Assembly: GCA_977017575.1 (NCBI GenBank)
Contig: CDRNVI010000002.1
Span: forward strand, 682,001 to 746,000
Direction: 5' to 3'
Source: Paramoeba atlantica
Taxonomy: Eukaryota > Protista > Discosea
Length of the DNA stretch: 64,000 nucleotides
Below, in pieces: positions 31,908 to 43,753 of the stretch. A program made the translations under genes and the position numbers. Numbering within the stretch: position 1 is the first letter of the stretch; each line of letters starts with the position of its first letter. The notes under the pieces were generated by a model. It was not told the origin of the DNA. It did not search any database and saw only the letters and a list, made by a program, of their open reading frames with translations.

Positions 31908-33690
31908 GGGTCCGTGGGTCCGGACCCAGGTCCCGGACCCCACGGACCTACTTCGGACCCACGGACCCACGTAGGAAATATCCTTAGGGCCATAATAAAA
32001 AACTTTGTAAAAATACCGCCATATTTAAAATAAAAGCAATACAAGTATACCTGGGTCACGTAATCAATGTAATAAGCGGGTGGTGGTAATAAGCGTAGGT
32101 TATTCATCGTTTCTAAGTTTCTTTTACTTAGAACTAGCATCGTAGATAGCGGTTGACGGCACGGATGCAGTTACAGGCAACCTTTTTTCAGAAACGCAAA
32201 AGGGAGTTGGAAATAGGGATGGTGGACCTAAAATTGTTCTACCAGCATGCAAGGCCTTTCGTGACAATGAGTCTTCTGTTCTACTGACAATAGATTCTCC
32301 TCCGTTCTTGTGGAGGCCCCCGTTGCACTTCTCGGCGATTGCTTGCACTCTGTCTGCTCTTCTACCTGATTTCCTTCCCAAAACTCTCCCTTCACGCTTC
32401 AATCGCTTCTTTGCCATTGAGTTAGCAATAGAATAGCAAGAAATTCTATAGCAATAGGCAGGGGTGTGGAAATGGTGCTGTGGAGGTACAGCAGGAAGTT
32501 CGTACGATGCTTTCCGCGTGCGCTTCGGGGCATGTACGTTCAGGATGTGGGCCTGCAGGCCTTTGAGGTGTTGATGTGTGGCTCCGCACTCGGCACACAC
32601 GTGCCCGGAGGGCAGAGCGTTCCTCAATAGCTTTTTGAACCTCGAAGAGGCCCCAGAGTGAGTCCAAAGTTAGTGCCCTTCTCGTGAGTGCCTCCTGTTC
32701 CACGAGGGAGGTAACGGCGTGCTCTTGACTCAAACAGGCATCGGCTCGGACCTTCTGTCCCCCGGCGCAGACTCAGGAGGTCAGGGAGGAGCCTTTGGCG
32801 CACCTTTTCGAGGGTCCTAAATTGTTGAGACCTGGTGGGAAGTTTGTCAAGGTCCTCATCGATTTCGGGTGTGTCGCGGTCGGTAGGAGTGATCCGCCTG
32901 GGTTGTTGCCCCCCCCCGCCGTCTTGCCTATAACGCCTATAAAGTAGCGGCGGGTAGTTCCGTGTTGGGGGAGGGGTGCGAAGGTAACGTGAGCAGACTT
33001 CTTCAGGATGGGTGAAGGATTGTGGTTCAGGAAGTTGTGGCAGTAGCGCATGTCATGCCTCTCCGCAGAAAAAAGAGCACCGCAAAAATCGCATTCCCGT
33101 GAGAACGACTGTTTAGGGCGGACATCTAGGTCCGGGCGGGCTCCCTTCAGCTCTTCGATGAAGATGGTGTAGCTCCGAGACGCCGTCATTGGCGTGGGAG
33201 CTATTTGCTCCCCGCTACAGAGGGGAGGTAGATTGTCCTCTAGGGGCCGAGGTAGATGGGGTTGTCCCATGACTGGAATCCTTGTGAAGCCGGCTGCCGC
33301 GTTTGAAGCGCGTCATTGGCGAGAGCCGGGGAGAGAGATAGAGAGTAGGAAAGGAAAAGAGGAAGAAACGTTTGCCCTTGTGTAAGATTGTAGGTGTACT
33401 GCATGTATCCAAAGTTGTTTTATCAAAAGATTTTTGATGTTAAGTACGTAATATTGTAACAATGCTACACGTTTGTAAGATGAAAAACAGGCGCGTTGCC
33501 CCCCTCTTAGCCCGGAAGGTATGCAACAACCAGAGCGAACTGTCTGTGAAGTAAATATGACGTTCACTGTGTTAGTTTTCTAGTACCAGCGATTTAAATT
33601 GAAACTTGAGGCTGACCATCCAAGTGGGTCCGGGGGGTCCGGGACCTGGATCCGGACCAGCACGGACCTGGGTCCGGACCCGACGGACCC
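31908..33690. mobile_element. Nested element bounded by GGWCC-rich inverted repeats
   Basis: GGGTCCGT(C)GGGTCCGGACCCAGGTCC at 31908-31968 and its inverse at 33626-33690. Confidence 0.55.
32124..33270 (-). pseudogene. Zinc-finger-containing (gag/ORF1-like) remnant in two or three frames
   Basis: CDFCGALFSAERHDMRYC (Cx2Cx8Hx4C) in 32773-33270 and a C2H2 finger CAECGATHQHLKGLQAHILNVH in 32124-32627. Confidence 0.45.
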
Positions 33691-33894
33691 GCAAATGTAT
33701 GTAGCATAGTATACTTCAATAATTTGAGGACTTTCGAGAGAAATATAAATTGATCGAACTTTGAATCACTGATTCACCCCCCTTACTTCACCACCCCCCT
33801 TACTTCACCACAAAATACGGGTTTTGGACCAAAAAGTGGGGGCTAAGTAAGGGGGGGTAACGGTATGTATAGAGAGAACAATTATGAGCAGGTC

Positions 33895-34322
33895 CGAGTG
33901 GTACAGTGTGTAGCTACAGTGGCACGTGCGAGAGTAAGTGTACTGCCACGCGAGGCAGTGACTGCAGTGATGTAGTGTAGAAGAAGAAGAAGGAGAAAAA
34001 GATGTAGTGTAGCTGCAGTGGCACGTGAGAGAGTAAGAGTACTGCCACGTGATGCCGTGACTGCGGCGTAAGTACAGTGGTACGTGAGAGAGTAAGAGAA
34101 GTACCACTTCAGGAAGTGGCTGCAGCGCAGCTGCAGTGGCACGTGAGAGATTAAGTGTACTGCCACGTGAGGCAGTGACTGCTGTGTAAGTACAGTCACA
34201 CGTGAGAGAGTAAGAGCAATGTCACGTGAACCAGGGACTGCAGTGTAGATACAGTGGCACGTGAGAGAGTGATGGCAGTGGCACGTGAGAGAGTCAGTGG
34301 CTGCAGTGTAGCTGCAGTGCTA
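33895..34322. repeat. CACGTG-rich minisatellite (CAGTGGCACGTGAGAGAGTAAG...TGCCACGTGA)
   Basis: Degenerate tandem units. The same family occurs at 46047-46425. Confidence 0.85.
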
Positions 34323-34401
34323 CGAGGAAAAGCCTGTCACGAGGTAAAGTCTCCCCCGCGTCAGCGGGTCTGCACCGCCTCGAAGGGCCCGCCGTATAAC
34401 C

Positions 34402-34599
34402 CAGATTGAAAGGGGCGAGGGAGATACGAAACAACAGGCGTGGCAGATTCCCAATGAAAAGAAATGGTATATCCCCGCACGAGAAAAGCCTTTGCGCTTG
34501 CTAGATCGGAGACAAATTTGGTGCGGGGAGATACCATTTCTTTTCAGCGGGAATCTGTCACGCCTGTTGCTTCGTATCTCCCTTGCCCCTTTCAATCTG
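34402..34599. mobile_element. Foldback MITE-like long hairpin (79-bp arms, 40-bp spacer)
   Basis: Arms 34402-34480 and 34521-34599 are near-perfect inverted repeats with about 6 mismatches. Confidence 0.85.
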
Positions 34600-35555
34600 T
34601 TTAAAAAAATCAGCTATCACGGCGCTAGGAAAGCCGAGGCGTATTTATTACGCCCGAGACAATGGTGAGTTGCTGTTCCCCTGGTCAGTATGTTGGTCAG
34701 CGCATAGCAACACACTCAGTTTCCGTTAGCTCTTTTCTCTCCCGGAAACGGGCATATTTTTACTATGTTAATGCCCGTTTCCGGATGGCGCTAGGAGAGG
34801 AACTGTCCCTCTTGTCGTAAAGTAGGGGTGCGCCTCCCTTCCTTCACCTCCCACCACCCCGCTCGGAACCCGGTTCCGAGTCCCCATGCGCTGCAGGACC
34901 CTTCTACTGGACGACGCGGCGTGCCTTCGGTACATAGCGCGCGACACCGGTACATAGCGCAGGAGGCTTCCAAACGCTGGAAGTCTCCGACACGGCGAGC
35001 AAACACGTTGTATGCGTGTTCTAGAGGATGTTCTATGCACCTCTCTTGCTCACCAGCCGTGGCGGATTCTGTGGGACCCCGATGCCCACGATGCATCATG
35101 AATCATGACTCCATTTGCCAGCATTGATCCATGGCCCTGATCACGTTGTATCATGAAGCATGGAAGTCATTTGTAGCATGTACGATGGGAATACCATCCG
35201 CGTCTCACAAATCCGTATAGCTTTCCTGGCGCACTGCGCTTACAAAACATATCGGGACATCTTATCCCGATGAGGCCGTCTCTCTTCGCTTTCCTGGGGA
35301 GGATATCCCGTGCTTTTCCCTGTGTCGCTGCAGAAGGCAAAAAGGACCAGCAGGAAGCGTTGATTGCGCCTACCCCTGCTGGGCCTAAACATCTCTGCAG
35401 GTCTTGCCCTGCATGAAAAAACAAAAAAATTGACCGGGAATGCAGTTTATTTGGAAAAACCACTTTTTGATACTTTATTCGGAGTTCTGTAATTTATTGA
35501 CCTCCGCTCTCCGTGTAAGACATGTTTAAAAATATCCCAGTTTCTGACTTGAGTA

Positions 35556-36494
35556 ATGTATTCTTACCATGCAGACGATCGATCGGTGTTATCTCGAGTT
35601 TTGACCCCTTACTGGTATTGGGTTGCGCGAAGGACCCCAACATACATTTCACCTAACGCCATTACGTGTTTCGGAGTTTCAATTATCATCGTATCTTCTA
35701 CAACGATTTTCTGTGGTAGTGCACACTCAGAGAGCATTATTCCATGGGCTTTCCACTCGCTTTCTCTTTTTTTGTATCAAACCACGGATGCCGTGGATGG
35801 GATACATGCCCGCAGACTAAATGCGAGCTCCGCATTGGGTGAATTTTTGGATCACTCCAGCGATGGCGTAGCAGGAATTATTACCGTGTTGACTACCTTG
35901 CTAACTCTGCATGTCCCTCCGCACAGTCGTCTTCTGGGATGTTGGCTATATGCGTGGGCATACGCACTGGTCCATTTGCGACACTATATCACAGGCATCT
36001 TAACACACTATATGGTCGATGGGGCCTCAGAAGGGGTTATGATTTGTGTACTGATCCACCTCCTCACCGCTGCACAAGGAGGTCGCGCTCTCTGGTTAGT
36101 GAAAATAGGGGGGCTACCCCTTGGAGAAGTCGTTTTTCACGTATATGTTCTTTGTTCTTTGGTTCACATCTTGTATTCTTCTATTTTGCTGTACAGACTG
36201 CCTTCGCGATGCTTTGCTGGAAAACTTCTTGCACCACTGTGTGGGACACTATTCCACATCATCTTGTTTGCATATGTTTTTCCAACATTGCCCACGAAAT
36301 ACCCCTCCTTCATAGGACTGTTCTCCTCGCTTTCAATTATTATTCCTGCAGCGCAGTTTATTGGCCTCCGCACTGTCCCACATGTGAGAAGTACAGGTGA
36401 GATTATACCGATCTTTCTCCTATGCATAACATCGTTCTTCGGTTGTTGGGTAAGCACAATGTTTAGCACGCCTTATCAACGTGTAATAGGTTGA
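35556..36494 (+). CDS. CDP-alcohol phosphatidyltransferase (choline/ethanolamine phosphotransferase family)
   Basis: Signature DAVDGIHARRLNASSALGEFLDHSSD, ISPNAIT, and multiple hydrophobic segments. Confidence 0.88.
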   Translation: MYSYHADDRSVLSRVLTPYWYWVARRTPTYISPNAITCFGVSIIIVSSTTIFCGSAHSESIIPWAFHSLSLFLYQTTDAVDGIHARRLNASSALGEFLDHSSDGVAGIITVLTTLLTLHVPPHSRLLGCWLYAWAYALVHLRHYITGILTHYMVDGASEGVMICVLIHLLTAAQGGRALWLVKIGGLPLGEVVFHVYVLCSLVHILYSSILLYRLPSRCFAGKLLAPLCGTLFHIILFAYVFPTLPTKYPSFIGLFSSLSIIIPAAQFIGLRTVPHVRSTGEIIPIFLLCITSFFGCWVSTMFSTPYQRVIG

Positions 36495-36666
36495 ATACTT
36501 TATTGAGTTGGACCACCGCCAATGCCGCAGTACTATTAGCACCTATTATACCTAACCTTATAGGTTTCGACAATTGGAGATGTTTGACAAAATATCTGAA
36601 ATTGCTTCTATGAGAATTTCTCACTCTTGACAGTTAATGCATACATTTATAATGCATACATGTATG

Positions 36667-36804
36667 TGAGGGACTGTGGGTGAAACCTCGCGAAACCTCG
36701 ATGAAACCTGGATAAAACCTCGGCGAAACCTGGATGAAACCTTGGTGAAAGCCTTGATGAAACCTCGTGAAACCCGGTGAAACCTCGCCACCCGCAGCCC
36801 CTCA
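36667..36804. repeat. Short element with 16-bp inverted ends (TGAGGGGCTGCGGGTG-type) around a GAAACC array
   Basis: Ends at 36667-36682 and 36789-36804. The same 16-mer occurs at 39139-39154 and 39321-39336. Confidence 0.65.
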
Positions 36805-37039
36805 TGTGTCGTTGTGACTCAAACGCGTCACACGTTTATTTAGGATCTAGTGCTCTGAGAGCAAAAGTACGTAAAAGTACCCCCACTTTTACCGAAAAAT
36901 GGACTATTTTTGGTTTAAATCCTTCCAGTTTCTTCCGCTTTCGAAGCCAATTTTTCTTTTTTAGTCTCTTTATTTTTCAACGCGAAGCGCGTAGCACATA
37001 GAGCTGCGGGATTGCGGTGGTTATATAGGAGTCTGTGCA

Positions 37040-37135
37040 AATATCACGTGAAATCTTGTGAAAATTCGTGAAGTTTTGTGAAGATTCGTGAAAATTCGTG
37101 AAGTTTTGTGAAGATTCGTGAAAATTCGTGAAAAC
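37040..37135 (+). repeat. GTGAA(A/G) short tandem array
   Basis: TTCGTGAAAATTCGTGAAGTTTTGTGAAGA unit repeated. Confidence 0.75.
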
Positions 37136-38987
37136 TAAAAATATCCCATTGAGCCACAGATTAAACTGTCCCGTAATACAGCCCCGAACTGTAGTCTAAA
37201 CTACAGGGGAGGCGCGATGTTTCTGGGGGAGTCTAAAATTCGTAATATTTATCCAATTTTGGAAAGTAATAGCGCATTCGAGAGTTCTCGGAAGGTCTGA
37301 TGCTTCCGCGCAATGCTTTTCCCGTTCGTTTATAAAATATTTTTTTTGACAAAAAAAATAGGAAAGCGATAGTGCTCAAACATGCAATTTTACTCAAAAA
37401 GTTCGATTTTACGCGTTTTTTCTCCCTTATTGAACTCAAAAAGTTCCTTTTATGCCCCGAAAAGGAAATTGATTTGTGCAATCGAGGGGGTGGGCCCTAG
37501 GACGCATCAAGGCATCTCATCGGATGCTGCTTGTATACCATTACAAGGAAAATGATTCCTTTTCTGCGACTGGGCGTCGTTTTGGTGTAATAATTTTTCG
37601 TTTTGGCCAAATTATCCCACAGACCCTTGAATATCTTACGAACGATGCTAAGACTACGTATGAACGCACTACATTAAGTATGCCAAAGCGGATGTTTATT
37701 GTCCGAGAGAAGAAAGGGGGTTACACCGGTTACTACCGTCCCCCCCTATTTACTATTTAGTACCTTGTCCCCCCTATTTAGTGTTTAATTTCAAAGCTTT
37801 GAATTGCCGCCGCGAAACGGCGCCGATTTTTTTTGCACAACCCCGTTTACGAAAAATGGGACCAACCTTGAATATAATATATATTCAAATAAAGGGTCTT
37901 AAAGGGGAAATAAAGGGTCTTAACTCCGATGTATCGTGCGGAGATGATGACGATACCAGCCTTGATTCTTTGTCCCCTGAAAAGGAAGCACCCGTTCCAC
38001 AATTAATTTCAGATCCAAGTGACGAACAATTGAAGTCCTTGGAGAAAAAAATCAATGTCAAGGATGCAATTTATCAAGAGGCTGCGTAACAAACCCTGCA
38101 AGACTAAACGAAAGGTTAGAACTCTTGAAAAGCGTGGAACTAAGAGTGTGGGGGATTTCATAGGGGCCGAAACGCGGAGAACAGAAATAGAACTCAAAGT
38201 ACAATTTTTAAAGTAGGACAATGCAAACGCTCGCGCGGAGTGTCAGAATTAAAAACGTTTCACTAAATTAATAAACGAGAGGCAAAAAACAATTTTTTCC
38301 ATCGTTACATATCGTAGGCCTTGTTTTTCCCCTTCGTTAGCGTAATTTATCTAATTTTGTTTACATATGGTTTCTGCTCTGAGCATTAGTTTACGAGAAA
38401 TATATGAGACAATACGGTATGCTTCTTACGTCATTATGGATAGTTTATTTTATTATACGAATGTACGAATGTTTTATCGTTACGATTCCTACCTCCAACC
38501 ATTCAAAATATTCAACAAATTGGCACACCTTGTGCAAATATTTTTCTTTCTGCACAATACATCGTCGTACCCTCTTTATCACTATACCACTTTCCTAACT
38601 TCCGCTTTAGATTTCTACGAACTTTAAATTAAATTTCAGATGAGTGCTATGTAGATCGACATAATTTTAGAGAAAATATCCTCTTGCATCCAACCGGGTC
38701 CCAAATGGCTTCCAATGCTCTTGAGGGCCTTTAAAGTACCTGAGTTCTCCTCCTTGGTTGATGACTAAAAAATGACGGTTGAGGGAAGTGTAAGTTTCTT
38801 GGATGGAAGTATAAGGGGAGTCCTGATTCATTGTCTGGAATGAAAATGTAGGTATAAAGGGAGGGATCACCCTCTGAAATATAAAAGGGGGTGACAGTAC
38901 TATCCAAATTCTTCCGATATGGCAATGATATTTTTCTAGCTCCCGTATTTTGTGCTGCGGGTAACACCGAGTACCATGCGTACGGTA

Positions 38988-39055
38988 CGCGAGTACGGTA
39001 CTCAAGTACTCAAGACCCTAGGTACTCATTTGAGTACTTGAGTACCGTACTCGCG
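38988..39055. repeat. Perfect 26-bp inverted repeat built of GAGTAC motifs, followed by a GATCTC array (39070-39130)
   Basis: CGCGAGTACGGTACTCAAGTACTCAA at 38988-39013 and its reverse complement at 39030-39055. Confidence 0.85.
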
Positions 39056-40738
39056 AATGTATGTCTAGAGAGATCTCGCGTGATCTCGCATGATCTCACG
39101 TGATGTCGCATGATCTCGCGTAATCTCATATTGGGCCTCACCCGCAGCCCCTCAAGTGTATCCCGAGATCGCAGCAAAACGAAACAAAAACCAAAACAAA
39201 CCAGTATGTTCAAGCAGAGATTCAAACCAACAAATAATGGTGACTGATGATGATGCATTGGGCCTTTTGACTCCGAAAAGTTATGGCCCCTCAACTCCCC
39301 AAACGGGTAGTCCGAATGCGTGAGGGGCTGCGGGTGGGGATTCGGTGCGGTCTCGGCGCGGCGTACGCACTTATCTCAGTGCAAGAACAGAAAGTGTGGA
39401 ATGGGTGGGGGGTGGGGGCAGGGGCGTAGAAGGCGAAGGCGAGGCTACATGAATCCGGACATTGTTGGAGAGGAAATCTCAATGAAATTTACGGTTATTA
39501 ACAAATCTGCACGGTTAGTACAAATCTACTAAAAGGAATATACGCGTGATTTTACCAAAGAAAGGGGTAACCCTGATACACTCATTTATAAACCCCGCGT
39601 CACCAATAAGTGACCCCCCCTTATTTTTAGCACAGGGGGTCGTGGGGCGGTTATCATACCACGTTGTCGTTCAAAATTTTGAGATCTGTACGTTCCCGCT
39701 GTTTTTAGCTCATTTTAAAACTTTAAAATTCAGTAAAAAAAAATTTAAATTTTTCAACGTTTTTTTCAAAAATGCCAAAATCGCCATATCGACTCCCAAG
39801 AGGGGGGCTGATTCTAGTGGAAAGGTTCTTTTAAAGATGAGGCACGGACAAGGAGTACCAATAAAAGAGCTAGCCCGTGATTTCAACGTTTCTAGAAGGA
39901 TAGTTAAAAAATATTTGAACGAAAAAAAAACTACCCCAGTATACACTTTGAGTCCTGAGCGAAAAAAAATAATGAACTCGTAAAACGAAAATTGAGAAGA
40001 TAATAACCCCTCTTGACCCCGCTGGAGTACCGAGACTCAATTCATCAAGGCGCATAGCAGCCCAATTGAAGAAAAAGAATATACAAGTTTCAAAAAGAAC
40101 TGTACAGAGAGACTTATCATCCCTGGATTACAGTTATGCCGCTCGACCGCTATGCCAAGGGCTTACCGAACGACAAAAAGTAAAAAGAGTTCAATTTGCG
40201 TTGAATTACAATATGGATACTTCCCGTGTCATCTTTACAGACGAAAAAATATTTGATACGAATGATGGCAGAAGAAAAATGTGGGTAAGGCGCGGTCAAA
40301 AAGCAGCCCCGCGTCAAAAAGTACGTTGGGCACCAAGATGCCAAGTTTGGGGTGCTGTAGGGGTGGGGTGGAGGTACTTGGTAATTCTACAAAATGACAC
40401 ATCTATTACAAGTGAGACGTACATAGAAACATTAAAAGAGGTAGATTTCCCCCCTAATCGTATTTTTCAGCAAGATAGGGCAACGGCACACACTGCTCGT
40501 GCCTCAAAGGAGTACATTGAAAGCGCAATGAGTGAACTTCTGAAAAATTGGCCCCCCAACTCACCAGATCTTTCCCCAATAGAAAACGTCTGGTCTATGG
40601 TCCAAGGGGCGGTGGACGAACAGACCCCATCGGATAAGCCTTCACTCATCCGATGTGTACGCAAAGCGTGGTCTCGCTTGTCTCAAAATGTGATCGACAA
40701 AACGGTCTTAAGCTTTGACTCACGCCTTAAGGAGTGTA

Positions 40739-43700
40739 CACCCCTGTTCCACTTTTTTGCCCGCAATTGATTGAGCGCACCAGATGAGCTTTTCGAATAA
40801 TTTTTTCAGCAAAGTACGTAGATGATTCGCCAGAGCGTGTAAAAAATGCGTTTTTCACCCCTTATTTCAGCTGTGGCGACTGAGCAAAAAAGGTTCGTTT
40901 TTTCCACGTTTTTCAGTAACAAATTGCATTTTTTTTTGTTTTTTTAGGTTATTTTACCACAATTTATGTATACTTCTATCTTCCATTTCTCTTTTGAAAT
41001 GTCCTGATTATTTATTCTATGAACAATACTGCGTTTTTAAGACTCCTTCGTTTTATTAATAATATTTCTTACTAGTAATGCACAATCGTCACCCAAGTTC
41101 TTTATCCCTTGAAGATTTAGTTCGCTCTGGCGAATTGATCCAACTTCAGAGCGGGAGATATTTTTTATGCGACCGAGATCAGGATGCGTTGCCTACCTTG
41201 ACCCCTCCACTGTCAGATTCTTTCATCTCCTCAGAGCTTCATCTTTCTGTTTCCTCTTCTTCGGTACCACCTGATACTCCTGTCGAGGGTGATTTAACAT
41301 TCTTCGTTTCACCTGTGGTTGCTTCTCCTCCTGTCGGAAATCCTCCAGACCTTCCTCTCTTAGCATCCGACTTTTCTGATACAGAAAGTGACGACGTATC
41401 TTGTACTTCCTCGATTGTTGAGGACAACTGGAGCGAAGAAAAGGGCGTCGAAGCGTATGCAGCTTCCCTAGGTCATCTGAGGGAGGAAGGTGAATCTTTT
41501 GAATCATTCGTGACTAGGATGCAAAATTCGGAACCCCCTATGGAGCAAACAGGGGAGCAAATGAACCTGATTGACCTCATTACGACTTCTCATGCAGCAG
41601 GAGTGGAAGTGAATCTTGTCGAGCACATCACGACTTCACATGGCGTTTTGCCGACGGAAACGGAAGAAAAATTGAGAGCCGAGTTGAGAGACAGTCGAGA
41701 CCTTTGTCGGGTTAAAGCCAAAGAATGTACCTCTCTGAGAAAGAAAATCACAGCGATGGAGAAAAAGCTCGTATCTTCTCAAAATGAACGAGCGGATATC
41801 GTGAAAATGATTAGTGAATTGCGTGAAAGGTGCAGCATCGCAGAAATTGAAAAAGACAAGGCTGTTCAGTTAAAAGAAGGAGTTACCCTGGAATGCGAGA
41901 AAAGAGCGGCTAAAGAAATTAAACTCCTAAATATCTTGAGCTACCTCCAGCAACGACCCGTTGAAGAAGCACCTTCTTCTGATGAAGGGGATTCAGTTAT
42001 ACGGCGTGGGCGTCCCTTAAAGCGCAAGCGTGGAAGAAAACCGCGAGATACCGATTCTCTACCAATCCTAGTCCACGGAAAAGGGGCGCTCAACGAGGAA
42101 GACAAATTTGCCTTCAAAAAGATTCAATCAACGGGACGAGTGCAACGTTGGGAGTTGGGCTACATGTTTTCTTTGGAGCGCACGACATGTCGGCGGCTCT
42201 GGAATTCTCCTCTCAAAGTTTCCACCGGAGAGGAGCAGGGTGAAAGCAATTCCATTGTGAAATGGGAACACTACGATGCGGCTACTGACCTTTTGCCGCA
42301 AGCAATTTCTATGTACGGCTCGTACCGTACAATTACAGATATTCAATGCGCGTACGTGAAGCTGACAAACTTCAAGATCGTCCCTTCTCGCAAGAAGGTA
42401 CGCCAATTATTATTGCACCATAAGTATCACTACGGACCGAAAGTTCATACTCTTTGTCTGAGTGTAACAAAGATGGAAGCCCGAGTTCGCTTTGCACAAG
42501 CAATACTACAAGAGCAGGACAATCGAGACCAAAAATTTTTTTCGCGCCTAATTTTTTCTGACGAGGTTATGATACAGGCCGGTGACTCATCCAGAAAAAC
42601 CTGGCAACACCCGGATTCCCCAGTATCCAAATACCGCACGGACCATCCACCTCAAATAATGTTATGGGGCGCTATGGATGTCGACGGGAATTTCCTCCAT
42701 CACTGGTGTGAATTCAAATCTTTTTACGACGAATATACTCGAAACGGGGGTCAAGAAGAAATTCCTCCAAACAAAGGGCTCGGAACATTGTATTATCGAA
42801 GTTGCTTTTTGCAAAAGACGTATCTTCCGTGGGAAAAGATAGGAAACAAAATTTTTATGGACGATAACGCGCCTGGGCACAAGGCCATACTAACAATCGC
42901 CTGGTGGAAATCTCATCCCCGGGTTGAGGCTCTGCGGCTTTGTAAAGAGGTGAAGAGTGCTCAGACTCTCCCAAGATGGCCAGCAGACTCCCCGGATCTA
43001 AACCCAATAGAAAATCTCTGGAGTATTCTCATGCTGTACAAGAATAAACATAGACCAAATACCGTGAGTGAAATAAAGGAAGTATGCGATCGATACTTGA
43101 AGTCTCCTGCTTGTCGGAAGGAATGTTATAAACTGTACCGTACTTTTAAAAAACGAATGGAAATGGTTATTTTGTATGGAGGAAAGAAGATCCCTTACTG
43201 AAATACTACAGTGAATCTTTCATCCACTTTAGTATTTCGATAGAAATTATGCAATTTTCTGCAAGTTTTAGTTCAGAGGAACATGTTTAAGTATTTGCAT
43301 CTCTGTGAAAACCGCGTCTGCCTTTGACAAAATTTTTTAAAAAAAAAAAAAAAAATTCTTTTTCTTTTCGATGTTCTTCTTTCAGAGATGACACGTCTTT
43401 TGACAAGACACGAGCTTTGATGATGAAATCTCCCCCACCTAAACCAAAGAGGAGGCTCTCACACTCTCCCAGGATGGCCTGCAGACTCCTCGGATCTGCC
43501 TTTCCTATCAAACCGAGTTATTTTACTTGAAGATGAGATTTTTTGAAAGGTTTCACAGGATTTTTTTCACTGCCCAGATGAGCAAATTCTCAGATTTTTG
43601 CCCTTCCTCCCACGTTAATCGCATGCTGTTTAACTATAGGCATATTTTTCCCTGGTAGGGCATCACCTAATTATGCCGAAAAACCACTCTTTAGACCCAA

Positions 43701-43753
43701 ATAGAAACTTTTTTTTATCACATAATACCGGGCAAAACAGGGGAACGGGGGTG
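40739..43753 (+). mobile_element. Inner full-length Tc1/IS630-like element
   Basis: 25-bp TIRs, 22/25 identical (CACCCC.GTTCC.CT.TTTTGCCCG), at 40739-40763 and 43729-43753. TA at 40737-40738 and 43754-43755. Confidence 0.8.
41078..43201 (+). CDS. 707-aa Tc1/IS630-like transposase with DD48E spacing and a long N-terminal extension
   Basis: IFSDE, MLWGAM, FMDDNAPGH, WPADSPDLNPIENLW and terminal GGKKIPY. Uninterrupted ORF inside the TIRs. Confidence 0.85.
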   Translation: MHNRHPSSLSLEDLVRSGELIQLQSGRYFLCDRDQDALPTLTPPLSDSFISSELHLSVSSSSVPPDTPVEGDLTFFVSPVVASPPVGNPPDLPLLASDFSDTESDDVSCTSSIVEDNWSEEKGVEAYAASLGHLREEGESFESFVTRMQNSEPPMEQTGEQMNLIDLITTSHAAGVEVNLVEHITTSHGVLPTETEEKLRAELRDSRDLCRVKAKECTSLRKKITAMEKKLVSSQNERADIVKMISELRERCSIAEIEKDKAVQLKEGVTLECEKRAAKEIKLLNILSYLQQRPVEEAPSSDEGDSVIRRGRPLKRKRGRKPRDTDSLPILVHGKGALNEEDKFAFKKIQSTGRVQRWELGYMFSLERTTCRRLWNSPLKVSTGEEQGESNSIVKWEHYDAATDLLPQAISMYGSYRTITDIQCAYVKLTNFKIVPSRKKVRQLLLHHKYHYGPKVHTLCLSVTKMEARVRFAQAILQEQDNRDQKFFSRLIFSDEVMIQAGDSSRKTWQHPDSPVSKYRTDHPPQIMLWGAMDVDGNFLHHWCEFKSFYDEYTRNGGQEEIPPNKGLGTLYYRSCFLQKTYLPWEKIGNKIFMDDNAPGHKAILTIAWWKSHPRVEALRLCKEVKSAQTLPRWPADSPDLNPIENLWSILMLYKNKHRPNTVSEIKEVCDRYLKSPACRKECYKLYRTFKKRMEMVILYGGKKIPY

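Larger units (their letters stand above)
31075..33863. mobile_element. Non-autonomous TIR element (Tc1/mariner-like ends)
   Basis: Perfect 19-bp TIR CCGTTACCCCCCCTTACTT at 31075-31093 and 33845-33863, with CCCCCCTTACTT subterminal repeats. TA is present on the right side only. Confidence 0.75.

Noticed and set aside
34620-35460. Possible pseudogene upstream of the phosphotransferase
   Set aside because: Multiple stops in all frames and no motif I can assign.
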